64,000 nt of DNA from an uncultured Thiomicrospira sp. (GCA_965195345.1 OZ239628.1:1840977-1904976); one strand, 5' to 3'. Positions 44,058 to 56,556 are shown, counted from the stretch's first letter. Made by a program: numbers and translations. Notes: generated from the letters alone by a model not told the origin.

Positions 44058-44324
44058 TGACCTATTTCCCAAAAACTATACTACGAGATGGATGAGATTT
44101 CCGATAATCCTAAAAGGAGGTCTCAATGAAAAGAAGATACAGCGAATGAAATAATTAAGGCAGTCAAACACCATGAATCAGGGTTAAAAGTTGAAGATAT
44201 AAGCCGTGATTTAGGACTATCTATAGAGACTCTCTACAACTGGCGTAGCAAGGTTGCGGGACTGGAAGTCAATGAAACTAAACGACAATATCCTCTACCT
44301 GTTGCTCAAATCCTTGATGAGTAA
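44058..44324 (+). mobile_element. IS3-family (IS407-group-like) insertion sequence remnant: left-end-like sequence starting TGACC plus a degenerate orfA; no orfB
   Basis: ATG at 44126 behind AAAAGGAGG gives MKRRYSE followed by a stop. Resuming in the next frame gives EIIKAVKHHESGLKVEDISRDLGLSIETLYNWRSKVAGLEVNETKR. This matches the IS3/IS407 OrfA HTH pattern (...EQIIAILKEAEAG.PV.ELCRKHGIS..TFYNWR.K..GMEV.EAKR). Truncated before the leucine zipper and frameshift site; no DDE OrfB follows. Confidence 0.6.
44126..44324 (+). pseudogene. Frameshifted, truncated IS3-family transposase OrfA
   Basis: Stop after 7 codons, then the rest of the OrfA HTH domain in an alternate frame, ending at TAA 44322-44324. 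Confidence 0.6.
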
Positions 44325-44564
44325 GATTGAATTCGGATTCCACAAAAAGTGTAAAGCCTTCTTTGTAAGCTCCCTCTACCTGCGCAGTTAGATAGCTTAA
44401 AATGAAATATTTGAACGCACTTTTATATGCAATTTTGATTATTTTCCGTGCGTTTATTTTTCAAATGAAGTGTAAACTAATCGAACCATATCGCAATTCT
44501 CACCTCACTATTCAATACTGTGCGGTTTTCAGTATGCTTTTTGGTTTAGCTCGTGAGCGGAGTC

Positions 44565-44598
44565 ATCGGTTTTTGATTTCTTCATTTCAAAAACCGAT
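44565..44598. repeat. 12-bp perfect inverted repeat (ATCGGTTTTTGA-N10-TCAAAAACCGAT) about 65 nt downstream of the rpoC stop
   Basis: Seen directly. Could be a transcription terminator for rpoC or part of the IS remnant; no clear U-tract follows. Confidence 0.3.
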
Positions 44599-44664
44599 AT
44601 AGGAATATTCGTAGAGTGCTTCCGTCAGAAATTTAGTAATATCAGACGCAAAAGAGACGTTTAT

Positions 44665-47600
44665 TTACTCGCTGTCTGAAAATACTTCTTGAACAGCCTT
44701 TTCAGCCTCTTTGGATAAAGGAGCTTTGCTTTCTAAAGTATTTTCTGTGAAAACGTTTTCAATATTTTCTTCATTAGCTGAGATAGTTGAGTCTCCAAGA
44801 ATGTCATGTAACTCTTCATCTATCTTATCAACCGCACTATATCCCGCCATGTCTTCCATGAGAAGCCCTTTTCCTTTTCTGCGAGCTTGTGTTTGGTGAT
44901 GACGCAAACCAGTACCAGACGGAATTAAACGACCTACGATAACGTTTTCTTTGAGACCGATCAGTTTATCACGCTTACCAAAAACAGCAGCATCAGTTAA
45001 TACTTTGGTAGTTTCTTGGAATGAAGCCGCTGAAATAAAGGACTCTGTAGCCAAAGACGCCTTAGTAATACCTAATAGGATACGATCAAATTTAATGGGC
45101 TGTTTTCCTTCAGCAATCAAGCTTTCATTCATTTGAAGAGCACGATGGTAATCGACTTGTTCTCCTTGAACCAAGAAAGCATCACCTGGATCAGCCACTT
45201 CAACTTTACGTAGCATTTGGCGAATGATAACTTCAATATGTAAGTCGTTAATTTTAACGCCTTGTAAGCGGTAAACACTTTGCACTTCATCAATGATGTA
45301 ATTAGCAAGTGGTTCGACTCCTTTAACACGCAAAATATCATGAGGATTAGGTGCACCATCAACTAATACTTCGCCTTTTTCAACATGCTCCCCTTCGAAA
45401 ACATTGATTTGTCTCCATTTTGGTATCAATATCTCAACCGAATTGTTTTTTAAATCCGTAATAATCAATCGATACTTTCCTTTAGTCTCTTTCCCAAAAG
45501 AAACCAGTCCGCTAATTTCAGCAAGAACGGAGGGTTCTTTAGGAATACGCGCTTCGAACAAATCTGCAACTCGTGGCAGACCGCCGGTAATATCTCTTGT
45601 TTTTGATGATGCTTGTGGAATCTTAGCCAAAATTGTTCCAGCTCCAACAGCATCTCCATCTTTGACGTTTACGAGAGCGCCACCTGATAAATAGTAGCTG
45701 ACAGGCGTTTTTGTTCCAGTGAAGGTAACATCTTTTCCTTTTTTATCAATCAGTTTAATCATTGGGCGATTATCCTTCGCCCCTGCATCAACACTTTTAT
45801 CTACAATGATCGATGTCAATCCTGTTATCTCGTCAGTGCTTGTATCAATTGTCTGACCTTCGATGAAATTAACAAACTTCACAGTACCGCCCATTTCTGT
45901 AATCATCGGGTGGGTATGCGGATCCCATTCAGCAACAATGTCACCAGTTTTAACTTTACCACCATCTTTGACGTTTAATTGAGTGCCGTAAGCTAATTTA
46001 TAATGTTCGCGCTGTCTCCCTTGCTTATCATGAACAAATAGTTCAGCTGAACGAGAGATATTCAATAAATCGCCATTTTGATTTTTAATAACTCGATGAT
46101 TTTTGAGCGTTACTTTTCCGTTATTGTTAACAGAAATTTCCCTCTCAGCTGCTGCACGAGATGCTGCTCCGCCTATGTGGAAAGTTCTCATAGTCAACTG
46201 AGTACCCGGCTCACCAATGGACTGAGCAGCGATAATACCCACTGCTTCGCCAATATTAACCAATTTTCCTCGCGACAAATCTCGTCCATAACTATGTCGT
46301 GACATGCCAAATTGTGTTGTATCAGTAATCGGAGAACGTACAAATATTTCATCAACACTGTGTTCATGCAATGCTTCTACTTGTGGCTCATCCAGCAGAA
46401 CATTTGCCTCAAGTAATATTTCCTTTGTTCCAGGAATATATACATCTTTCGCCAAAACACGTCCAAGCACACGATCTTTTAGAGGTTCAACAATATCCCC
46501 ACCACCAATCAAGGCTCCTTTAGCAATGCCTTCGTCTTTTGAGTATTCGCTTGTAGTTATTACTACATCCTGAGAAACATCTACCAATCGACGTGTTAAA
46601 TATCCTGAGTTTGCTGTTTTCAATGCTGTATCTGCCAAGCCTTTACGAGCACCATGTGTCGAGGTAAAGTATTGCAGTACAGTTAATCCTTCACGGAAAT
46701 TCGCGGTAATAGGCGTTTCAATGATAGAACCGTCTGGCTTCGCCATCAAACCCCTCATTCCAGCAAGCTGTCGCAGCTGAGCCATCGAGCCACGAGCACC
46801 TGAATCAGCCATCATATAAATCGAATTGAACGATTTAACCTTGTGATGCACACCGCCTTTATCGGTTACATCATCAAACTCGATGATACCGATCATAGCT
46901 TTGGTTACTTTCTCATTAGTATGCGTCCAAATATCGATAACCTTGTTATATCGTTCTCCTTCAGTAAGCAAGCCACTTTGGAACTGCTTGTCCACTTCTT
47001 TTACTTGTTCTTCTGCTTGTTCGATCGCTTCTTTCTTCATGTCTGGAATAATCATATCATCAACACCAAATGATATACCAGAGCGCGTTGAATAGTGGAA
47101 CCCAGCGTACATCAATTTATCAGCAAGAATCACTGATTTTTTGGGTCCAAGTGTGTGGAAACTTGCATTTAACAAAGCCGAAATATTCTTTTTCGTCATT
47201 AGCTGATCGACAATGCTAAACTTAAGCCCTTCTGGCAACAATTTCCATAATAAAGCCCGACCTACTGTCGTGTCTTTACGATTGATTTCTTCATTTCGTT
47301 CTCCTTCTTCATCGAAGGATACTTCTGTTATGCGCACCGTGATTTTTGCATGCAAACTTAATTCACCAATGACATACGCACGCTCAACATCATCAGGAGA
47401 GCTAAATATCATCCCCTCTCCTTTAACGTTGAATTGCTCACGAGTCAAATAATACAAACCGAGCACAACGTCTTGGGAAGGTACTATAATCGGTTCACCA
47501 TTCGCTGGTGAAAGCAAATTATTAGTTGACATCATCAGCACTCGAGCTTCTGTCTGTGCTTCTATTGACAAAGGAACATGCACCGCCATTTGGTCACCAT

Positions 47601-48987
47601 CAAAATCCGCATTGTATGCAGCACATACCAATGGATGCAGCTGTATTGCTTTCCCTTCAATTAATACTGGTTCAAAAGCTTGGATACCTAATCGATGCAA
47701 GGTGGGTGCACGGTTAAGTAAGATAGGATGTTCACGAATAACCTCATCCAAAGCATCCCACACTGATGGATCGCGCATTTCAAGCATCTTCTTTGCCACT
47801 CGAATCGTAGCAGCCTGTTCCTTACGAATAAGCACGCTAAATATGAATGGCTTGAATAATTCTAACGCCATAAGCTTAGGCAAGCCACATTGATGCAGTT
47901 TAAGATTAGGTCCAACCACTATCACAGATCGCCCTGAATAATCAACACGCTTACCGAGTAAGTTTTGTCTAAATCGTCCCTGCTTGCCTTTAATCATATC
48001 AGCAAGAGATTTTAATGGACGCTTATTGCCCATTACTGCACGCCCTCTACGACCGTTATCAAGCAATGAATCAACGGCTTCTTGCAGCATACGCTTTTCA
48101 TTACGAACAATAATTTCAGGTGCTCCTAAGTCAAGTAGGCGCCGTAAACGATTATTACGGTTTATTACACGACGATACAAATCATTTAAATCAGAAGTTG
48201 CAAAGCGTCCTCCCTCAAGCGGAACCAAAGGGCGCAGTTCTGGAGGCAATATGGGCAATACTTTTAGTATCATCCACTCGGGACGATTGCCTGACTCGAG
48301 TAAGGCCTGCGTTAGGCGCAACCGCTTTGATAATTTCTTACTTTTTGCTTCGCTTTTAGATTCTTCAAGCAAAATTTGCAGATTGAGTGCCTCTTCGCGC
48401 AAGTTAATTCTTGAAAGCAATTCGCCAATAGCTTCAGCACCCATGGCGACACGAAACTCTTCCCCATATTTTTCACGCGCCTCTAAAAGCTCTTCATCAC
48501 GTAATATCTGCATGTTTTCAAGATCAGTCATTCCAGGATCAACCACTACAGATGCTTCGTAATATAAAATTATTTCAATTTCACGCAGCGTTTTATCCAA
48601 TAGCAATCCAATACGCGATGGCAATGATTTTAAAAACCAAATATGTGCAACAGGTGCTGCAAGATCAATATGTCCCATACGATCACGGCGAACCTTCATC
48701 TGTGTGACTTCTACTCCACATTTTTCACAGACTACACTTCGATGCTTGATTCCTTTGTATTTGCCACATAAGCACTCAAAGTCTTTAGTTGGACCAAATA
48801 TTTTGGCACAAAACAATCCATCTCTTTCTGGCTTAAAAGTTCGATAATTTATCGTTTCGGGTTTCTTTACTTCACCAAACGACCATGAACGTATCTTCTC
48901 AGGAGAAGCAAGACCTATACGAACAACATCAAAATTGGCGTGTAAATTCTGTTGCTTTAGCAAATTTAACATGTCTTTCATTGTCAA
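44665..48987 (-). CDS. rpoC: DNA-directed RNA polymerase subunit beta'
   Basis: 1440 aa. Zn-finger CxxC..CxxC, the NADFDGD catalytic motif, and full-length conservation. Confidence 0.95.
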   Translation of the reverse strand: MTMKDMLNLLKQQNLHANFDVVRIGLASPEKIRSWSFGEVKKPETINYRTFKPERDGLFCAKIFGPTKDFECLCGKYKGIKHRSVVCEKCGVEVTQMKVRRDRMGHIDLAAPVAHIWFLKSLPSRIGLLLDKTLREIEIILYYEASVVVDPGMTDLENMQILRDEELLEAREKYGEEFRVAMGAEAIGELLSRINLREEALNLQILLEESKSEAKSKKLSKRLRLTQALLESGNRPEWMILKVLPILPPELRPLVPLEGGRFATSDLNDLYRRVINRNNRLRRLLDLGAPEIIVRNEKRMLQEAVDSLLDNGRRGRAVMGNKRPLKSLADMIKGKQGRFRQNLLGKRVDYSGRSVIVVGPNLKLHQCGLPKLMALELFKPFIFSVLIRKEQAATIRVAKKMLEMRDPSVWDALDEVIREHPILLNRAPTLHRLGIQAFEPVLIEGKAIQLHPLVCAAYNADFDGDQMAVHVPLSIEAQTEARVLMMSTNNLLSPANGEPIIVPSQDVVLGLYYLTREQFNVKGEGMIFSSPDDVERAYVIGELSLHAKITVRITEVSFDEEGERNEEINRKDTTVGRALLWKLLPEGLKFSIVDQLMTKKNISALLNASFHTLGPKKSVILADKLMYAGFHYSTRSGISFGVDDMIIPDMKKEAIEQAEEQVKEVDKQFQSGLLTEGERYNKVIDIWTHTNEKVTKAMIGIIEFDDVTDKGGVHHKVKSFNSIYMMADSGARGSMAQLRQLAGMRGLMAKPDGSIIETPITANFREGLTVLQYFTSTHGARKGLADTALKTANSGYLTRRLVDVSQDVVITTSEYSKDEGIAKGALIGGGDIVEPLKDRVLGRVLAKDVYIPGTKEILLEANVLLDEPQVEALHEHSVDEIFVRSPITDTTQFGMSRHSYGRDLSRGKLVNIGEAVGIIAAQSIGEPGTQLTMRTFHIGGAASRAAAEREISVNNNGKVTLKNHRVIKNQNGDLLNISRSAELFVHDKQGRQREHYKLAYGTQLNVKDGGKVKTGDIVAEWDPHTHPMITEMGGTVKFVNFIEGQTIDTSTDEITGLTSIIVDKSVDAGAKDNRPMIKLIDKKGKDVTFTGTKTPVSYYLSGGALVNVKDGDAVGAGTILAKIPQASSKTRDITGGLPRVADLFEARIPKEPSVLAEISGLVSFGKETKGKYRLIITDLKNNSVEILIPKWRQINVFEGEHVEKGEVLVDGAPNPHDILRVKGVEPLANYIIDEVQSVYRLQGVKINDLHIEVIIRQMLRKVEVADPGDAFLVQGEQVDYHRALQMNESLIAEGKQPIKFDRILLGITKASLATESFISAASFQETTKVLTDAAVFGKRDKLIGLKENVIVGRLIPSGTGLRHHQTQARRKGKGLLMEDMAGYSAVDKIDEELHDILGDSTISANEENIENVFTENTLESKAPLSKEAEKAVQEVFSDSE

Positions 48988-48995
48988 TATCTCCG

Positions 48996-51900
48996 TTAAT
49001 CGTTGTCCATTTGAATATCAATCCCAAGTGCTCTAATCTCTTTAAGCAGAACACCAAGCGACTCTGGTTTGCCAGACTCCATTGTGTGGTCTCCGTCAAC
49101 GATGTTTTTGTACGTTTGAGTACGTCCCTGTAAATCATCAGACTTAACAGTCAACATTTCTTGTAAAGTGTGCGCTGCACCATATGCTTCAAGCGCCCAA
49201 ACCTCCATTTCACCAAAGCGCTGTCCACCATATTGCGCCTTGCCTCCAAGTGGCTGTTGAGTAACCAAACTATAAGGGCCTGTAGAACGAGCATGCATTT
49301 TGTCATCAATTAAGTGATTCAATTTCAACATATACATGTATCCAACTGTAACCTCTCGATCAAAAGGATCTCCTGTTTGACCATCGTACAGTTGAACCTG
49401 ACCACTGGTTGGAACGCCTGCTGCTGTAAGTAATGCTTTAATTTGTGCTTCGCTTGCTCCATCAAAAACAGGCGTCGCAATAGGCAAACCTTCACGTAAG
49501 TTATTGGTCATTTCCATCAAAGCATTATCTTTCAGAGAGCTAATCTCCTTGAGTTCTTCTTTAGAAGTATAAATCTCTTTAAGATATTCACGAACTTTTT
49601 TAACATTGGCTTTGTGACGAATTAATTCATCAATCTTACGACCAATACCATAAGCTGCCATGCCCAAATGCGTTTCTAAAATTTGTCCCACGTTCATCCG
49701 AGAAGGTACACCGAGCGGATTAAGAACGATATCAACTGTTTCACCATTTGCATCATAAGGCATGTCTTCAATAGGGCATATACGCGAAACAACACCTTTG
49801 TTTCCATGACGCCCAGCCATCTTATCTCCTGGTTGAATACGTCTTTTAACGGCTACTAAAACTTTGACCATCTTAAGAACACCAGGTGAAAGCTCGTCGC
49901 CTTTAGTTATCTTACGTTTTTGTTCCTTGAATCGACTTTCAAGCTCTTCTTTTAACTGCACTAACTGCTGTTGGCTGGATTCAATCTGACGATTTTTTGC
50001 ATCATCTTCGCAACGAAGATGCAGCACTTCATCATCATTAACTTTTGCCAATCGCGCTGCAGTAATAGACTTACCGTCTTCGTCTTTAGCATTGAGTAAT
50101 AGTTCCCGTGAGCGAGCTATAAGGTTTCTTTGAACAATTTCATATTGATCGTCAAAGTCCTTCCTAAAACGTTCAATTTCTGCTTCTTCAATTTGCAATG
50201 CTCTGATATCTTTCTCTACACCTTCACGGGTAAAAACTTGCACATCAACAACAGTCCCTTCCATTCCTGAAGGTACACGTAAAGAAGTATCCTTCACATC
50301 TGAAGCCTTTTCACCAAATATGGCTCTCAACAATTTCTCTTCTGCTGACAACTGAACTTCACCTTTTGGGGTAACTCGTCCAACGAGAATGTCTGCTGGT
50401 TTTACTTCTGCACCCACACGTACAATGCCCGATTCATCAAGGTGTACCAATTGCGATTCACCCACATTTGGAATATCAGCACTGACTTCCTCATCGCCTA
50501 ATTTAGTTGACCGAGCTTGACAAGTTAATTCTTCAATGTGAATGGACGTAAAGTAATCTTCACGCACTACTTTTTCGGAAACAAGCATGGAATCTTCAAA
50601 GTTGTATCCATTCCATGGCATAAAAGCGACTCGAATATTCTGTCCTAATGCCAATTCACCTAAATCAGTAGCTGATCCATCGGCTATAACATCACGTTTG
50701 TTTAGTATGTCTCCTGGTTGGACAATTGGCTTTTGATTAACACACGTATTTTGATTAGAACGTGAATATTTATGCAAGTTGTAAATATCAACCCCGACAT
50801 CTCCTGGTTCAAGCTCATTCGCATTGGCTCGAATAACCACACGAGACGCATCAACACTTTCAACAATGCCTCCTCGAGTAGCCGAAACCACGTTGCCAGA
50901 GTCGGTAGCTACGATACGCTCCATCCCTGTTCCTACTAATGGTTTTTTTGCACGCAAAGTTGGAACGGCTTGGCGTTGCATATTTGAACCCATCAATGCA
51001 CGATTAGCATCATCATGCTCTAAGAATGGAATAAGAGAAGCCGCTACGGAAACTAATTGCTTAGTGGAGACCTCAACCAAATTAATTTTACCTGGTGCGC
51101 AAACAGTCGTTTCATTAGCATAGCGACAAGGCAATAATTCCCCTTGCAATACTTTTTTATCATCAACTTCTACATTTGCTTGGGCAATATAAAATTGCGG
51201 TTCATCGATAGCTGAAACAAAAATAATTTCATCGGTTATTTTTTTGTTTTTAACTTTGAAAAACGGTGTCTCTAAAAAACCATAGTCATTGACTTGGGCA
51301 TAAATTGCCAATGAATTCATCAAACCAATATTTGGTCCCTCTGGTGTCTCAATTGGACAAATACGACCATAGTGCGTTGGATGTACATCACGCACTTCAA
51401 ATCCCGCACGATCTCTTGTTAGTCCTCCAGGACCTAACGCCGAAATACGCCTTTTGTGCGTAATTTCAGACAATGGATTAACTTGATCCATAAATTGAGA
51501 AAGTTGTGAAGAACCAAAAAATTCTTTCAAAGCACCTGTAATCGGTTTGGGATTTACCAAATCTTGTGGCGACCAATCCTCAGCTTCAGCTAAAGATAAA
51601 CGTTCACGAACCACGCGATCTATTCTTGCAAGACCAGTTCTGCAAGCATTTTCTGCCAACTCTCCAACCGCTTTTACACGCCGATTTGCTAAGGTATCAA
51701 TGTCGTCTACTTGACTGCGTCCATTTTTAATAGCGATCAACTCTCTAATTACATCGACAATATCTTCTTCTAGTAGAACAAGCGAGCCTTCATCAGAATC
51801 TCTATGAAGGCGACGATTTAGTTTCATCCTACCGACAACAGACAAATCATATCGTTGATCATCAAAAAACAAGCTATCAAACAATCGGTTTGCAGCATCT

Positions 51901-53054
51901 TCTGTAGGAGGTTCTCCAGGACGGATAATACGATAAATTTCTATTCGGGCTTCAAGCGCTGTTTTAGTGGCATCATGCCTCAAGGTTTCAGAAAAATAAG
52001 CGCCATGCTCAAGTTCATCAACGTAGAGAATATCAAGCTTTCCACTTCCTTTCTCTCGAAGCATTTCAACAACTTCTTCCGTAAGAATGTCATTGGCACG
52101 CAATATAGGCGTGTCGTTATTTTTGTCAAAAACATCATGAACGACCACCTTGCCAATTGCGTATTCATTGGGTATTGTGATACGTTTAATATCGTTTTCA
52201 TTGAGTTCTTTGACGTGTCTTGAATTAATTACTTTGCCAGCCTCAACAACCACCTTACTATTAATTTTTATTGGGAATCCAGCGCGTAGACCTAACCAAT
52301 CTTCAGGTTTGAAATTCATCTGTAAATTGCGCTTAGTAAAATGGAGCTTGTTTGTCTTGAAAAATGAACGAAGCATTTTCTCGTTATCCATTCCCATAGC
52401 ACGAAGCATTACAGAAAGTAAGAATTTACGGTGTCGATCAATCCGAGCATAAAGAATGTCATTGTGATCAAATTCAAAATCCAACCAAGAACCACGATAC
52501 GGAATTACACGTGTTTGGAATAATATTTTCTGCGAAGAGTGAGAGCGTCCTTTGTCGTGAGTGAAAATAACCCCAGGGGAACGATGCAATTGCGAAACAA
52601 CAACACGCTCAGTTCCATTAACAACAAAAGCGCCCCCCTTAGTCATCATAGGGACTTCCCCCATGAAAACTTCTTGTTCTCGAATGTCTTTGATGACCTT
52701 ATTACGATCTGTTGATCGTTCTTTATCGTACAATTTCAACCGAAGAGTAACGTACATAGGTATGGCAAAAGTCATACTACGTTGACGGCATTCGTCTTCG
52801 GAGTACTCAGGATTTCCCAATCGATAGGACAAATACTCTAAATCAGCTGTTCCCGCTACTCCCATAATGGGAAATATGGATTGAAAGGCGCCTTCAAGAC
52901 CAACCTTATTTTTTTCCTCAATTGGTGTTTCTTTTTGCAAAAACTTTGCGAAAGATTTCTTCTGCAATTGCAGAAGATAAGGAATTTCCATCTTCGTAGG
53001 CAACTTGCCATACGTTTTACGAATACGTTTCTTTTCGGTGAAAGAAAATGTCAT
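48996..53054 (-). CDS. rpoB: DNA-directed RNA polymerase subunit beta
   Basis: 1352 aa. Conserved along the full length, including the rifampicin cluster region. Confidence 0.95.
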   Translation of the reverse strand: MTFSFTEKKRIRKTYGKLPTKMEIPYLLQLQKKSFAKFLQKETPIEEKNKVGLEGAFQSIFPIMGVAGTADLEYLSYRLGNPEYSEDECRQRSMTFAIPMYVTLRLKLYDKERSTDRNKVIKDIREQEVFMGEVPMMTKGGAFVVNGTERVVVSQLHRSPGVIFTHDKGRSHSSQKILFQTRVIPYRGSWLDFEFDHNDILYARIDRHRKFLLSVMLRAMGMDNEKMLRSFFKTNKLHFTKRNLQMNFKPEDWLGLRAGFPIKINSKVVVEAGKVINSRHVKELNENDIKRITIPNEYAIGKVVVHDVFDKNNDTPILRANDILTEEVVEMLREKGSGKLDILYVDELEHGAYFSETLRHDATKTALEARIEIYRIIRPGEPPTEDAANRLFDSLFFDDQRYDLSVVGRMKLNRRLHRDSDEGSLVLLEEDIVDVIRELIAIKNGRSQVDDIDTLANRRVKAVGELAENACRTGLARIDRVVRERLSLAEAEDWSPQDLVNPKPITGALKEFFGSSQLSQFMDQVNPLSEITHKRRISALGPGGLTRDRAGFEVRDVHPTHYGRICPIETPEGPNIGLMNSLAIYAQVNDYGFLETPFFKVKNKKITDEIIFVSAIDEPQFYIAQANVEVDDKKVLQGELLPCRYANETTVCAPGKINLVEVSTKQLVSVAASLIPFLEHDDANRALMGSNMQRQAVPTLRAKKPLVGTGMERIVATDSGNVVSATRGGIVESVDASRVVIRANANELEPGDVGVDIYNLHKYSRSNQNTCVNQKPIVQPGDILNKRDVIADGSATDLGELALGQNIRVAFMPWNGYNFEDSMLVSEKVVREDYFTSIHIEELTCQARSTKLGDEEVSADIPNVGESQLVHLDESGIVRVGAEVKPADILVGRVTPKGEVQLSAEEKLLRAIFGEKASDVKDTSLRVPSGMEGTVVDVQVFTREGVEKDIRALQIEEAEIERFRKDFDDQYEIVQRNLIARSRELLLNAKDEDGKSITAARLAKVNDDEVLHLRCEDDAKNRQIESSQQQLVQLKEELESRFKEQKRKITKGDELSPGVLKMVKVLVAVKRRIQPGDKMAGRHGNKGVVSRICPIEDMPYDANGETVDIVLNPLGVPSRMNVGQILETHLGMAAYGIGRKIDELIRHKANVKKVREYLKEIYTSKEELKEISSLKDNALMEMTNNLREGLPIATPVFDGASEAQIKALLTAAGVPTSGQVQLYDGQTGDPFDREVTVGYMYMLKLNHLIDDKMHARSTGPYSLVTQQPLGGKAQYGGQRFGEMEVWALEAYGAAHTLQEMLTVKSDDLQGRTQTYKNIVDGDHTMESGKPESLGVLLKEIRALGIDIQMDND

Positions 53055-53125
53055 CTAAGAACCTCTCATTTCAATACTTCGCTTTAATGTCAATCAAAGC
53101 AAAAAATTGATGTTGTCTTAATCCA

Positions 53126-53165
53126 CTAAACAAACTAACGATTGGTTCTTTTTCAGAACCAATCG
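53126..53165 (-). terminator. Putative rplL-rpoB intergenic attenuator/terminator hairpin
   Basis: On the minus-strand transcript a 10-bp perfect stem (GAUUGGUUCU-GAAAA-AGAACCAAUC) begins about 15 nt after the rplL stop. A U-rich stretch (GUUAGUUUGUUUAG) follows. The position is analogous to the E. coli rplL-rpoB attenuator. Confidence 0.45.
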
Positions 53166-53180
53166 CGAATTTTCAAACCG

Positions 53181-53567
53181 TTACTTCAACTCAGCTTTTG
53201 CACCAGCCTCAACAAGTAGCTTAATTAATTCTTCAGCTTCAGTTTTGCTAACAGCTTCTTTAATTGTTGATGGGGCTCCGTCAACTTTTTCCTTAGCTTC
53301 TTTCAAACCAAGCCCAGTAGCAGTTCGAACTACTTTAATAACGCCGACTTTAGAACTACCAACTTCGCTTAGTACAACATCAAACTCTGTTTGTTCGACG
53401 CTTGCGGCTTCATCGCCGTCACCACCAGCAGCAGCGGGAGCTGCTACTGCAACTGAAGCTGCAGCGCTTACTCCAAATTTTTCTTCCATTGCAGAAATCA
53501 ATTCCACAACTTCCATAACGCTCATATTTGCGATAGCTTCTAAAATATCTTCTTTCTTTACAGCCAT
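53181..53567 (-). CDS. rplL: 50S ribosomal protein L7/L12
   Basis: Start taken at [37 protein letters not shown], nearly identical to E. coli RplL. The ORF track extends 9 codons further upstream. Confidence 0.9.
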   Translation of the reverse strand: MAVKKEDILEAIANMSVMEVVELISAMEEKFGVSAAASVAVAAPAAAGGDGDEAASVEQTEFDVVLSEVGSSKVGVIKVVRTATGLGLKEAKEKVDGAPSTIKEAVSKTEAEELIKLLVEAGAKAELK

Positions 53568-53606
53568 TTTTAACTCCTTCTTATTGATAACCACGCTTGA
53601 TGATAA

Positions 53607-54134
53607 TCAAGCAGCTTCTTTTGCTTCTTTCACAGCGGCAACTGTGCGAACCAATTTCCCTGGAACCTCATTAAGCGTACAAGCTAGTTTTCCTATCGGA
53701 GCTTGCATCACCGCCATTAAGGTTGAAATTGCTTCTTCTTTATTAGGCAGCTTCGCCACCATATCCAGCTTCGATCCAGATATGACGCCACTTCCTAAAG
53801 AAATCCCAACTACTTTGAGAGCTTGATGATTACGACCCACCTTTTTAAATACCTTAGCGGCTTCGCCGGGACCATCATTTGAGAATGCCAAAATAAGTTG
53901 ACCTTGTAGTACATCAACCATTTCCGCATGCTTCGTGCCTTGAAACGCTCGACGAGCCAACGTGTTTTTAACCACGCGCACATCAACATTTGCTTCTCGT
54001 GCAGTTGAACGCAATTCCGTCAGGTCACTGACCGACATTCCACTATATTGAGCAGCCACGACAGAAGTAGCGCCTTCCAATCTGGACAACACCTCCTCAA
54101 TAATGCCTTGCTTTTCTACTCGTTTAAGTGCCAT
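53607..54134 (-). CDS. rplJ: 50S ribosomal protein L10
   Basis: Start taken at MALKRVEKQ, with a GAGGAA RBS. Conserved L10 sequence. Confidence 0.9.
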   Translation of the reverse strand: MALKRVEKQGIIEEVLSRLEGATSVVAAQYSGMSVSDLTELRSTAREANVDVRVVKNTLARRAFQGTKHAEMVDVLQGQLILAFSNDGPGEAAKVFKKVGRNHQALKVVGISLGSGVISGSKLDMVAKLPNKEEAISTLMAVMQAPIGKLACTLNEVPGKLVRTVAAVKEAKEAA

Positions 54135-54313
54135 TGTGTTCCTCACATTGAGACAATACTTTTTAAGGCATTGCCTTTATATTATCATGTCTGAAAAGTA
54201 TCAGACACTCCATCTACGCAGGCAATTAAGTAATGGACAAACCCATTACCCCTGCGATCTTTGATGACCGAGCCAGAAGCCTGGTCACCCTTTTTATGAC
54301 TAATGTCAAAAAA

Positions 54314-55006
54314 TTATTTAATCAGTTGAGAATGATCAACTGTCATGCCTGGTCCCATAGTAGAAGAAATGGTTACTTTCTTCATATAAACGCCTTTGGA
54401 TGCATTAGGTTTTGATTTCTGTAAAGCGACAAGTAATGTTTTCAAATTCTCTTCAATCGCATCTTCACTGAATGACAACTTTCCAATGGAAGTGTGAATA
54501 ATTCCACCTTTATCTACTCTATACCGCACCTGCCCAGACTTAGCATTTCTCACTGCCTCGCCAACATCGGCTGAAACTGTTCCTACTTTAGGATTAGGCA
54601 TCAACCCCTTAGGACCAAGTATTTGACCTAATTTACCTACCAACGGCATGGCATCTGGAGCTGCTATAATCACATCAAAATCAAGATGACCTTTTTTCAC
54701 ATCTTCCGCCAAGTCTTCAAAACCGACCACATCAGCGCCCGCTTCTTTTGCTTGATCTGCTAAATCACCTTGTGCGAAAACACCTACTCGAACTGTCTTT
54801 CCTGTTCCATTTGGCAACACAGTAGATCCGCGTACTACTTGGTCTGATTTTCTTGGATCAACACCTAAGTTCACGGCAACATCAATTGCTTCATCAAATT
54901 TTGCTGGAAATGTCTTTAATAATGCAAGCGCATCAGTCACTGAGTAAACTAAGGTCTTATCAATAGATTGACGAGAAGACTTTATTTTCTTTGTTAATTT
55001 TGCCAT
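54314..55006 (-). CDS. rplA: 50S ribosomal protein L1
   Basis: 230 aa. Full-length L1 similarity. Confidence 0.9.
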   Translation of the reverse strand: MAKLTKKIKSSRQSIDKTLVYSVTDALALLKTFPAKFDEAIDVAVNLGVDPRKSDQVVRGSTVLPNGTGKTVRVGVFAQGDLADQAKEAGADVVGFEDLAEDVKKGHLDFDVIIAAPDAMPLVGKLGQILGPKGLMPNPKVGTVSADVGEAVRNAKSGQVRYRVDKGGIIHTSIGKLSFSEDAIEENLKTLLVALQKSKPNASKGVYMKKVTISSTMGPGMTVDHSQLIK

Positions 55007-55437
55007 TACGACTCCTCCACTATTAGACCCATGCTAGTGGCTGTTCCAGCAATTATTTTAACTGCCGCATCCATATCATTAGCATTGAGATCAGTCATCT
55101 TTATAGTGGCTATCTCTTCAATTTGGGTTCTGCTAACTGTACCGACTTTATTTCTATTTGGTTCACCTGAACCCTTTGCAATACCTGCCGCTTTGCGTAA
55201 TAATATTGCTGCAGGAGGTGTTTTGGTAATGAAATCAAAGCTGCGATCACCATAAACCGTTATCACTACAGGGATGGGCAAGTTTTTTTCCATCTCTTGA
55301 GTTTTTGCATTAAACGCTTTACAAAAATCCATAATATTGACCCCATGTTGTCCTAAAGCAGGACCAACAGGAGGGCTTGGATTTGCAGCACCTGCAGGTA
55401 CTTGCAATTTAATATAAGCAGTTATTTTTTTTGCCAT
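55006..55437 (-). CDS. rplK: 50S ribosomal protein L11
   Basis: Start taken at [34 protein letters not shown], the canonical L11 N-terminus. Confidence 0.9.
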   Translation of the reverse strand: MAKKITAYIKLQVPAGAANPSPPVGPALGQHGVNIMDFCKAFNAKTQEMEKNLPIPVVITVYGDRSFDFITKTPPAAILLRKAAGIAKGSGEPNRNKVGTVSRTQIEEIATIKMTDLNANDMDAAVKIIAGTATSMGLIVEES

Positions 55438-55529
55438 ATCATTACTCCTTGGTGAGTGCAAACGCTTACTTAATTCAGCTCCTCATACTAAAAAACCAGC
55501 AACCTTGATATCAAGGGCTAGCGCTCTTT

Positions 55530-56063
55530 TTAACTTTTTTGGACTTGACCAGAATCCAATTCCACAGTGGTGGAACGACCAAAAATTAATACTGAAACAT
55601 TGATTTTATTTTTGCTGTAGTCAATATTTTCCACAACCGCTTCAAAATCACTGAACGGCCCTTCCGTCACTCTGACAACCTCTCCTTCTTCAAACATTAT
55701 CTTAGGTCTTGGGTTGTCTTCGCCAGCACGTATTCGATCAACGATAGCGTCCACTTCTGTTTTTGATATTGGAGTGGGTCGTAAATTTGTACCTCCTATG
55801 AAGCCCAGAACCTTAGGTACTTGTTTTACCAAATGCCAAGTGTCTTCATTCATATCCATTTCAATCAGTACGTAACCTGGGAAAAATTTGCGCTCAGTTG
55901 TGCGCTTTTTCTCTCCACGAATTTCAACGACTTCTTCTGTTGGCACCAATATATCTCCAAAAAAAGCTTCCATCTGCTTTATGCCAATGTGCTCTCTAAT
56001 GGAACGTACAACTTGTTTTTCAAAACCAGAGTAAGCATGAACGACATACCATTGTTTTGACAT
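55530..56063 (-). CDS. nusG: Transcription termination/antitermination factor NusG
   Basis: 177 aa. NGN and KOW domains ([14 protein letters not shown]...). Confidence 0.9.
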   Translation of the reverse strand: MSKQWYVVHAYSGFEKQVVRSIREHIGIKQMEAFFGDILVPTEEVVEIRGEKKRTTERKFFPGYVLIEMDMNEDTWHLVKQVPKVLGFIGGTNLRPTPISKTEVDAIVDRIRAGEDNPRPKIMFEEGEVVRVTEGPFSDFEAVVENIDYSKNKINVSVLIFGRSTTVELDSGQVQKS

Positions 56064-56184
56064 CTTAAAACCTCTTGTTAATGCGCTTCTAAACGCACAG
56101 AAAAATCGAATAAAATCTGCGAATCAATTCGCTCAAGTAGAAACTTACTACTAAAATCGCAAAAAACCATCTTCTTTAAAAACC

Positions 56185-56556
56185 CTATCGTCCTGCAATC
56201 AACTGTGTCAACCAAAGAAACAGACTATCAAGCAGCCATAGGAATATGGCAATAATAACAACAGCTATGACTACTGTTAAAGTAAGTTGAATGACTTCTT
56301 GGCGAGTAGGCCATACCATTTTCCGTACTTCCGTACGTGACTCACCAACTAAGGACATTCCTTGCTTGCCCAGTGAGGTTTGGTAAACGATAGCAATGCT
56401 TACTCCTACCAGTCCAATAAGCGCAAGGGCTCTCCACAATGTGGCTATTTGGTCTTCATACAGGTAAAAAGCAAATATTCCCGCCCCTAGAATAATTAAC
56501 GCCAAAAACAACAGGGCTTTATCTGAGAAACTGGACTTATTTGACGTTTTTTCCAT
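56185..56556 (-). CDS. secE: Preprotein translocase subunit SecE
   Basis: 123 aa. Three TM helices and a conserved C-terminal TM region. Sits between tRNA-Trp and nusG. Confidence 0.8.
   Translation of the reverse strand: MEKTSNKSSFSDKALLFLALIILGAGIFAFYLYEDQIATLWRALALIGLVGVSIAIVYQTSLGKQGMSLVGESRTEVRKMVWPTRQEVIQLTLTVVIAVVIIAIFLWLLDSLFLWLTQLIAGR

Noticed and set aside
44402-44602. 66-aa plus-strand ORF between the IS remnant and rpoC
   Set aside because: It is hydrophobic and Phe/Ile-rich, typical of AT-rich non-coding DNA, and contains the palindrome. It could be residual IS orfB sequence but shows no transposase (DDE) similarity that I can recognise.
44665-53054. About 20 short ORFs of 60-190 aa predicted on the plus strand inside rpoC and rpoB, e.g. 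47984..48562, 45404..45694 and 51855..52223
   Set aside because: They lie entirely antisense within highly conserved, full-length essential genes. Their compositions are low-complexity (S/R/L-rich), typical of antisense frames of AT-rich coding DNA. No RBS support.
53245-53826. 193-aa plus-strand ORF spanning rplL and rplJ
   Set aside because: It is antisense to two conserved r-protein genes and has an Ala/Ser/Thr-rich composition. It is an artefact of the GC-rich alanine codons of L7/L12 read on the opposite strand.
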